Shown here one piece after another: positions 25,303 to 32,000 of a stretch of DNA of 32,000 nucleotides. The position numbers and the translations under genes are program-made. Under the pieces are notes generated by a model, which worked only from the letters and a program-made list of their open reading frames with translations, was not told where the DNA came from and did no database searches. The first letter of the stretch is position 1. Every line of letters begins with the position of its first letter. The stretch is from Candidatus Saccharimonadota bacterium (GTDB lineage Bacteria > Patescibacteriota > Patescibacteriia > 2-12-FULL-60-25), in contig OY970357.1 of the NCBI GenBank assembly GCA_963718585.1, positions 540,001 to 572,000 on the forward strand, read 5' to 3'.

Positions 25303-26172
25303 TCAATGCTTTGCAAGCGCCGCGTCGATCGCGGACTTGAGCTGCGCGTAGGGCACCGCACCTTCGAGGATCGTCCCATTGACGAACGTGCTCGGGGTGC
25401 CTGTCACGCCGGCTGCGGAACCTTCCGATTCATCCTGCGCAACTTTGGCGGCGTATTTCCCGGAATCCAGACAATTCTGGAACTTCGTCGGATCGACACC
25501 CGCCTGCTTCGCCGCGACGGAGAGCTGGTCAAGTGCGAATCCCGTGCCATTCGAGGTGGTCTTTTGAAACACGTAGTCATGGAAGGCCCAGAACGCGTTG
25601 TTCCCGCCAAGTTCGGCCACGCACTCTGACGCTTCAGCTTCCTTCTCCGCATTCTGGTGGAAGGACAACGGGAAGTGGCGATACACGAGACGGACGTCAT
25701 TCGGATAATCACGCAAGGCCTGTTCCACCGTGTCGTGATACTGCTTGCAGTACGGACATTCGAAGTCCGAGTACTCGATCAGGGTGACCTTCGCGTTCTT
25801 CGCTCCGCGGATGTGGTCGGTCTTGTCATCCACCGGCTTGACCGGCCCGGCGGCTGCGGCCTGCTGCTGTGTCGGATCCGCGGCAGCGGTCGGTACCGCA
25901 GGCGCTGCGGGGGCCGCGGCAGCCGCGCTCGTCCCGAGGTTCAGCGAAAGCCCTTTCCCGGATGTGATCGCGATCACGATGTAGACCAGGGCGATCGTCG
26001 TACACACCGCGATCCCAGCCAGGAGGCCGAGTGCGAACATGGTCTTCGCATTCCCCTTCATCCCCCCGGGTGCGACATGCATGTCTAAACCATGTGAATG
26101 ATCATGTGAGTGGTCGTGAGCATGCTCATGCGGATGCTCGTGTGGGTGTTCGTTCATCATAGGGGTAGACAT
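25303..26172 (-). CDS. Membrane-anchored DsbA-like thiol:disulfide oxidoreductase with an N-terminal His-rich tail
   Basis: A thioredoxin-fold domain with CPYC and the cis-Pro motif GTPSTF. It has one TM helix, and the N-terminus reads NEHPHEHPHEHAHDHSHDHSH. Confidence 0.8.
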   Translation of the reverse strand: MSTPMMNEHPHEHPHEHAHDHSHDHSHGLDMHVAPGGMKGNAKTMFALGLLAGIAVCTTIALVYIVIAITSGKGLSLNLGTSAAAAAPAAPAVPTAAADPTQQQAAAAGPVKPVDDKTDHIRGAKNAKVTLIEYSDFECPYCKQYHDTVEQALRDYPNDVRLVYRHFPLSFHQNAEKEAEASECVAELGGNNAFWAFHDYVFQKTTSNGTGFALDQLSVAAKQAGVDPTKFQNCLDSGKYAAKVAQDESEGSAAGVTGTPSTFVNGTILEGAVPYAQLKSAIDAALAKH

Positions 26173-26223
26173 TTAATGTGTAGATAGCTTACGCGAGCGC
26201 GGCTTCACGGTCGAGCGACGGCG

Positions 26224-26919
26224 TCAAGACCCGCTCTCCTTCAGGAGCGCATCGAGCGCAGTCGTCCAATCCTGCGAGCTCATTCCGCCGACGTATTCCG
26301 TATTCCCCAGGAAAAAGGTCGGTGTCCCGTTGACCCCGTTCGCATTCCCCTCGGCCATGTCATCCTGGATCTTCCGGAGATCCGGCTTGCTCGCGAGACA
26401 GGCCGTGAAGCTACTCGTATCCAAACCCAATGAGGATGCATACGAAACAAAGGTCTGTGTGGGTGCGGACTGATCGGCCCACGCGCTCTGGTTGTCATAC
26501 AACATCGTACGATATTCCCAGAACTTCCCCTGATCCTCGGCACAGCGCGCCGCGATGGCCGCTGGCTGCGCATTCGGATGAACTGATGTCAGCGGAAAAT
26601 CATTCCAGACGAAACGCACGCGATCAGAGTAGTTCTTGATCGCATCCTGCAAACCAGGCTCCGCCGCCTTACACGCCGGACACTCGAGGTCGCCGAAGAT
26701 CCGGACAACGGACTTGGATTCTCCCGGCCCGACCGCAGGATCCCCGTCATCGCTGAATCGCACATCATTCCGGACGGTCCCATTCGCCGTATTCGAAGCG
26801 GTCGGCGAAGCACTCGGTCCGGACATGACGGCCCAAATGAGTCCGAGCACGATGAGGACGATCAGGAACCCGATCCCGCCGAGCAAAAGGACCCGCGTCT
26901 TGTCATCTGATTGGTTCAT
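26224..26919 (-). CDS. Membrane-anchored DsbA-like thiol:disulfide oxidoreductase
   Basis: An N-terminal TM helix, CPAC, and GTPTFF. Its ATG overlaps the upstream stop as ATGA. Confidence 0.8.
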   Translation of the reverse strand: MNQSDDKTRVLLLGGIGFLIVLIVLGLIWAVMSGPSASPTASNTANGTVRNDVRFSDDGDPAVGPGESKSVVRIFGDLECPACKAAEPGLQDAIKNYSDRVRFVWNDFPLTSVHPNAQPAAIAARCAEDQGKFWEYRTMLYDNQSAWADQSAPTQTFVSYASSLGLDTSSFTACLASKPDLRKIQDDMAEGNANGVNGTPTFFLGNTEYVGGMSSQDWTTALDALLKESGS

Positions 26920-27830
26920 ACCGTGTTTTGTTGAAGATAATGAATGATATCAAGCGCCGCTTTACTCCCCTCTCCGACCGCGACCGCCACCTGCTTCGTG
27001 GTCACGTCTGTCACGTCACCGGCTGCCCAGATCCCAAGGGTCGATGTCCGATTGTTCCGGTCGACGATGATCTGTCCCCGTTTGTCCTTACCGACGATGT
27101 CGATGAATTGCGAGACGGGGATCAACCCCACTTCGACGAAGACGCCTTGCGTCTCCTCGACCCGTTCATCTTCCCCCTCCTTTTGAAGACCGATCCCGGT
27201 CACGAATTGCGCTCCTTCGATCTTCGTGGTCTTCGTACTGCCGAGGACCGTGATCTTCGGCGACGCAAGGCATCGCTTTTTAAGCAACTCATCTCCCCGA
27301 AGTTCCGGATTGATGGAGACGATCGTGATCCTGCTCGCATATTTCTCTAAAAACAACGCAGCGTCCATGGCGCTGTTCCCGCCGCCGATCACATGGACGA
27401 CCTTATTCGCAAAAAGCGGCGCGTCGCATGTCGCGCAGTAGGTCACACCTTTGCCGTAATAGTCTTTTTCTCCCGGGATGTTCAGCTTCCGATTCTCTTC
27501 TCCGGTCGTGATGAGGACCGTCTTCCCTTCATACGCCCCCTTTTCCGTGGTCACCTGAAATCCGTTCTCGAGCTTTGTGACCCCTGTGACCAATTCCCCT
27601 TCCCGGATCTCGAATTGATCCTTGTAATCTTTGAGATGCTCACGGAATTTCTGGACCAGTTCCACGCCGCTCAAGAGGTGGAATCCGAGATAATTCTCCA
27701 CATCTGAGCTCCAGAGGGTCTTCCCACCCACATCGCCACTCAACATGACGAACGAGACCTTTTGGCGTGCAAGATAGACGGCGGCCGCCATCCCTGCGGG
27801 ACCGGCGCCGATCACGATGACGTCAAACAT
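26916..27830 (-). CDS. Thioredoxin-reductase-like FAD-dependent disulfide oxidoreductase
   Basis: MFDVIVIGAGPAG, the redox motif CATCD, GGGNSA and AAGDV. The HRRxxxR NADPH motif is replaced by SINPELR. The start is at 27830; the ORF track's TTG at 27881 is unlikely. Confidence 0.85.
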   Translation of the reverse strand: MFDVIVIGAGPAGMAAAVYLARQKVSFVMLSGDVGGKTLWSSDVENYLGFHLLSGVELVQKFREHLKDYKDQFEIREGELVTGVTKLENGFQVTTEKGAYEGKTVLITTGEENRKLNIPGEKDYYGKGVTYCATCDAPLFANKVVHVIGGGNSAMDAALFLEKYASRITIVSINPELRGDELLKKRCLASPKITVLGSTKTTKIEGAQFVTGIGLQKEGEDERVEETQGVFVEVGLIPVSQFIDIVGKDKRGQIIVDRNNRTSTLGIWAAGDVTDVTTKQVAVAVGEGSKAALDIIHYLQQNTV

Positions 27831-27850
27831 GCGAGGAGTATAACAGAAAG

Positions 27851-27927
27851 AATCTAGAATCTGGAATCTAGGATCTGGCAAGGCACCCCATTCGAGACCA
27901 TAGATCCTAGCTTCTAGCTTCTAGCTT
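27851..27927. repeat. Two CTAG-containing heptamer arrays forming a 22-nt imperfect inverted repeat
   Basis: AATCTAG AATCTGG AATCTAG GATCTGG (27851-27878) and CTAGCTT x3 (27907-27927). The arms at 27855-27876 and 27902-23 are complementary at 19 of 22 positions. Confidence 0.7.
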
Positions 27928-28665
27928 TTTCCCCCGGCTCTGCCACACGAGCCAAACGCCCGTGGCAATGAGCGGGAAGGTCGCCCACTGGGTCGGAGTC
28001 AATCCGAAATATCGGATATCGACGGTGCGATAGAAATCCAGCCAAAGACGTGCGATCCCGTCGAGCGCCATGAGCATTCCGAACCAAAATCCCGGACCGC
28101 GTGGCTTGCGGGCAAGGATCAGGAAGAGGACCCCGATGGTGAAGCCGGTTATGGAGAGATAGAGACCCAGATCATGACGAGAGTGGCCGTCCGGATATTT
28201 CACGGCCAGTGCGAAATCCGATAGCGTGCCTGGATGGTCGTGGATCAAAAAACATCCGATCCGCCCGATCCCGCATCCCCATGGGATACCCCAAGCGAGC
28301 GTGTCGGCATACGCCATGAAATCGAGCTTCTTCTTCCGGACGTACGCCCAAAAGACGAGTCCGCATGCGGCGAAACCACCGAAGATCGCATATCCCGGTC
28401 TGCGCGGATCGAACGCCTCTAGCGGATGTTGGAGGTAGTAACCGGGCTGATAGAACAAGACGTGGAACAAACGCGATCCCACGAACGCGGCGATGAAGAG
28501 CCAGAATGCCAAATCCCAGATGACCTTCGGGTCCAATCCCCGTTCCTTGGCCTTGCGCGCGGCAACGACCGTGCCGACGAGATACCCGGTCGCGACAAGC
28601 GTCCCCCACGTCTGCAGGGTGATCGGACCAAGCTGGATGGTATGGGATTCGATCCACGGGATCAT
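27907..28665 (-). CDS. lgt: Prolipoprotein diacylglyceryl transferase
   Basis: Polytopic. GYAIFGGF and GIGRIGCF motifs resemble the Lgt signature. 252 aa. Confidence 0.9.
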   Translation of the reverse strand: MIPWIESHTIQLGPITLQTWGTLVATGYLVGTVVAARKAKERGLDPKVIWDLAFWLFIAAFVGSRLFHVLFYQPGYYLQHPLEAFDPRRPGYAIFGGFAACGLVFWAYVRKKKLDFMAYADTLAWGIPWGCGIGRIGCFLIHDHPGTLSDFALAVKYPDGHSRHDLGLYLSITGFTIGVLFLILARKPRGPGFWFGMLMALDGIARLWLDFYRTVDIRYFGLTPTQWATFPLIATGVWLVWQSRGKKLEARS

Positions 28666-29132
28666 AGGACGTTCAAGATCTTCAGTGCGCGTTCAAAATC
28701 GTCCATTGCCCGTTTGATCTCCCGCGGCGTGACGTTGAAGGATGCATCGTGCGCGAGTTGATTACGGAGCTTGTGCGCCCACCAGACCTCACGCAACTTC
28801 GGATATTTGTAACACGCGACCTTCAACCGCTCGCCAAGCGTCTCTCCCGGCATCATCATGGACTTCAACCCCACGTCGAGGAGGGTGTCAGCTTCAAGCA
28901 GGGCAAGCTTCCCGCCCATGAGACCCTGCGTTTGCGCGGTCTGTCGGACCTGCGCCCAGCGTTTGGCCAATTCCTCGCGCGTCATCCCCATCATTTCGGG
29001 TCGTTGCGCGCGTCGGATCACCCACCGGAGACCCAGGACGATCACGGTCAACAAGACGAGCCCGGCGATGACCAGGATCCCGATCTGAGGCAGGGTCAAT
29101 CCCGGGGACGGCACCGAATACAGATCGCTCAT
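28662..29132 (-). CDS. Hypothetical single-pass membrane protein with an AHKLRNQLAH (Rx4H) motif
   Basis: It has an N-terminal TM helix (IGILVIAGLVLLTVIVLGL) and shares ATGA overlaps with both gatA and lgt. Confidence 0.6.
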   Translation of the reverse strand: MSDLYSVPSPGLTLPQIGILVIAGLVLLTVIVLGLRWVIRRAQRPEMMGMTREELAKRWAQVRQTAQTQGLMGGKLALLEADTLLDVGLKSMMMPGETLGERLKVACYKYPKLREVWWAHKLRNQLAHDASFNVTPREIKRAMDDFERALKILNVL

Positions 29133-30556
29133 ACGCCCGCTTCTTCGTACACGCGCGCGATCGCAAGGATCAGGTCTTCTTCAAACGGCCGACCGATGAG
29201 ATGCATCCCGACCGGTAATCCATCCGATGTCCCGCAGGGCACGGACACGGCCGGGAGGCCGGTCACGTTCGCCCCGACGGTAAAGACGTCTTCCAGATAC
29301 ATGGACATGGGATCCGACGTCTTCTCGCCGATCTTGAATGCGGTCGTCGGTGCGGTCGGTGTCAGGAGGACGTCCACGTCGCGCAGGGCGGATTCATATG
29401 CGTTCCGAATCAAGGTCTGCACTTTCTTGGCTTTGAGATAATACGCATCGTAATACCCACGCGAGAGCGCAAAGGTCCCGAGAAGGATACGCCGACGGAC
29501 TTCCGGGCCCAGATTCTCCGCGCGCGTCTTCGCATAGGTCTCGAAGAGCGGAAGATCCTCCAATCGCACGCCATAGCGCATCCCATCGAAGCGCGCGAGG
29601 TTTGCAGAGACTTCGCACGGCATGAGGAGGTAATAGACCGCCAGCGCCTCGTCCGCATACGGCAGATCCACCTCGGTCACGGTCGCGCCGGCATCTTCAA
29701 GACGTTTCACAGCCGCCGTGACCGCGGAACGGACACCTTCCGCCATCCCCTCGCCCCATGCCTGTCGCGGCAAACCGATCCGTAGTCCGGAAAGGTTCTC
29801 TCGCCACGACGGAATGAATGCCGCGTGATCGCTCGTCGTCTGATCGAGCGGATCTTGTCCTTGGATCGCCTGGAAGAACAATGCCGCATCTTCAGCGGTC
29901 TTGGTCATGGGTCCGATCTGATCGAAAGACGAGGCCATGGCGATCAGTCCCGAACGCGACACGCGGCCATATGTGGGCTTCAATCCCACCACGCCGCAGA
30001 ACGCCGCAGGTTGGCGGATGGATCCGCCAGTATCGGATCCGAGCGCCGCCAAACAGAAATGCGCTGCGACCGCGACCGCACTGCCGCCGGAAGACCCGCC
30101 CGGAACGCGTTCCGGATCACGTGGATGATACGTCGGACCGTATGCGGAACGCTCGGTCGACGACCCCATCGCGAATTCATCCATGTTCGTCCGTCCGAGG
30201 ATCACGGCGCCCTGCTCCTTCAACTTCCGTACGACCGTCGCATCTGACGCGGACACGTGTCCTGCGAGGATCTTCGATCCCGCCGTGACCATCTTTCCCT
30301 GATCGAGAAGATTATCCTTCAGCGCGATGGGGAGACCGTCCAATACGCCGTTCCGTTCTCCGGAGGAACGACGATGGTCCGCCCGACGCGCGGCTTCTAG
30401 GGCGACATCCTCATACGTCGCCAAGAATGCGTGCAGCGCGCCGTCGAGGGATCGGATCTCCTCCAGACACGCCTTCGTCACCTCTTCGGACGAGATATCT
30501 CCACGGTCGAGCCGCGAACGCGCCTCCGTAAGGGTCAGTTGGTTCAATCGGTTCAT
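29129..30556 (-). CDS. gatA: Glutamyl/aspartyl-tRNA amidotransferase subunit A
   Basis: The amidase signature GGSSGGSAVAVAA; 475 aa; N-terminus LTLTEARSRLDRGDISSEEV. Confidence 0.95.
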   Translation of the reverse strand: MNRLNQLTLTEARSRLDRGDISSEEVTKACLEEIRSLDGALHAFLATYEDVALEAARRADHRRSSGERNGVLDGLPIALKDNLLDQGKMVTAGSKILAGHVSASDATVVRKLKEQGAVILGRTNMDEFAMGSSTERSAYGPTYHPRDPERVPGGSSGGSAVAVAAHFCLAALGSDTGGSIRQPAAFCGVVGLKPTYGRVSRSGLIAMASSFDQIGPMTKTAEDAALFFQAIQGQDPLDQTTSDHAAFIPSWRENLSGLRIGLPRQAWGEGMAEGVRSAVTAAVKRLEDAGATVTEVDLPYADEALAVYYLLMPCEVSANLARFDGMRYGVRLEDLPLFETYAKTRAENLGPEVRRRILLGTFALSRGYYDAYYLKAKKVQTLIRNAYESALRDVDVLLTPTAPTTAFKIGEKTSDPMSMYLEDVFTVGANVTGLPAVSVPCGTSDGLPVGMHLIGRPFEEDLILAIARVYEEAGV

Positions 30557-30692
30557 ACGATAAAAAGAATGTCATCTCGACCGAAGCGGAGAGATCTTCG
30601 TATTGATGATTCTTGTGGCGCTCTCGACAGGGGTTTCATTGGGAAGACCCCTCGTCGCACCGACTTCCCTCGTGATGACATCATTCTCATAT
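30557..30692 (-). promoter_or_regulatory. Structured 136-nt spacer between gatC and gatA (terminator/attenuator-like)
   Basis: An interrupted outer helix (30686-30674 pairs with 30576-30567) is followed by T5 (30566-30562) and, 5 nt later, the gatA ATG. Internal stems have a pseudoknot-compatible order. Confidence 0.35.
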
Positions 30693-31001
30693 TCAGTTTT
30701 TCCCTTTCGGATTCTCGAACACCCCGGGCGTCTTCAACAGATTCCCGCTCTTCACAGGAAAATTCGCAAGGATCAATTCGCGCGTCGCATCATCGGATGC
30801 GAACGCAACGTCTTCGCGCCATCCTTCAGCCCGCGCTGGCATGGTCAACGGCTGGACTCCTTCCGTCCCCACTTCTTTCAACCGCTCGACATAGACAAGG
30901 ACCTCGTCCAGGTCGTGCACCATGGATGCGGCTTCCGTATCTGTGAGCTCCAACCGGGCCAGATCGGCCAACGCGGCGATATCCTCTTTTTTCAGTGACA
31001 T
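30693..31001 (-). CDS. gatC: Glutamyl/aspartyl-tRNA amidotransferase subunit C
   Basis: ~100 aa. IAALADLARLELTDTEAASMVHDLDEVLVYVERL is typical of GatC, and the gene lies upstream of gatA. Confidence 0.85.
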   Translation of the reverse strand: MSLKKEDIAALADLARLELTDTEAASMVHDLDEVLVYVERLKEVGTEGVQPLTMPARAEGWREDVAFASDDATRELILANFPVKSGNLLKTPGVFENPKGKN

Positions 31002-31020
31002 AATGCGTAACGTTAGCGGA

Positions 31021-32000
<980 letters not shown>

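Noticed and set aside
28749-29441. A 230-aa plus-strand ORF spanning the gatA / membrane-protein junction.
   Set aside because: It is antisense to two coherent, translationally coupled genes and has a low-complexity translation.
30557-30692. A glutamine riboswitch (glnA RNA) upstream of the glutaminase subunit gatA.
   Set aside because: GAGGGAAGUCGG only loosely resembles the conserved GACGGAAGUAGG block, and the second conserved block (GAAGGAACG) is absent. I retained it only as an unclassified structured spacer.

Overview
This is a GC-rich, tightly packed bacterial chromosomal segment made up almost entirely of housekeeping genes. I saw no rRNA, CRISPR array, transposase, integrase or phage genes. 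Many neighbouring genes overlap by 4 nt (ATGA).

Recognisable genes, in order:
- glyA (3' part) and folD
- a small membrane protein and an amino-acid permease
- dnaB
- a GT-C/TPR membrane protein
- ybaB and recR
- two zinc-ribbon orphans
- rplU, an orphan, DUF192, a WecA-type transferase, a membrane-anchored Clp-like AAA+ protein and a small membrane protein
- an orphan, an FtsL-like protein, rsmH and mraZ
- uvrC, a 600+ aa helical-repeat orphan and uvrA
- tRNA-Ser(GGA) and a small membrane protein
- two DsbA-like proteins, a TrxR-like flavoprotein and lgt
- a membrane orphan, gatA, gatC and ligA (3' part)

Several proteins are domain-trimmed (UvrC without the HhH2 domain, UvrA without the insertion domain). 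Together with the compact layout, this resembles Candidate Phyla Radiation / Patescibacteria genomes; that placement is inference only.

Most noteworthy observations:
1. A 1.35-kb ORF-free, hairpin-dense gap lies between glyA and folD. It carries minus-strand promoter and terminator signals and GNRA-capped hairpins, so it is a candidate large structured RNA locus.
2. An mTERF-like helical-repeat protein sits between uvrC and uvrA.
3. A redox module couples a TrxR-like flavoprotein that lacks the NADPH motif to two membrane-anchored DsbA-like proteins. One has a His-rich cytoplasmic tail, and no DsbB, VKOR or CcdA is nearby.
4. A Clp-like AAA+ protein has a zinc finger, a membrane anchor and a degenerate first ATPase module.
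5. A CTAG-heptamer inverted repeat spans the lgt stop codon.
6. A structured 136-nt spacer splits gatC from gatA.
7. GATC is strongly over-represented across the window.

All calls come from reading the sequence and ORF translations by eye. No database search was run.
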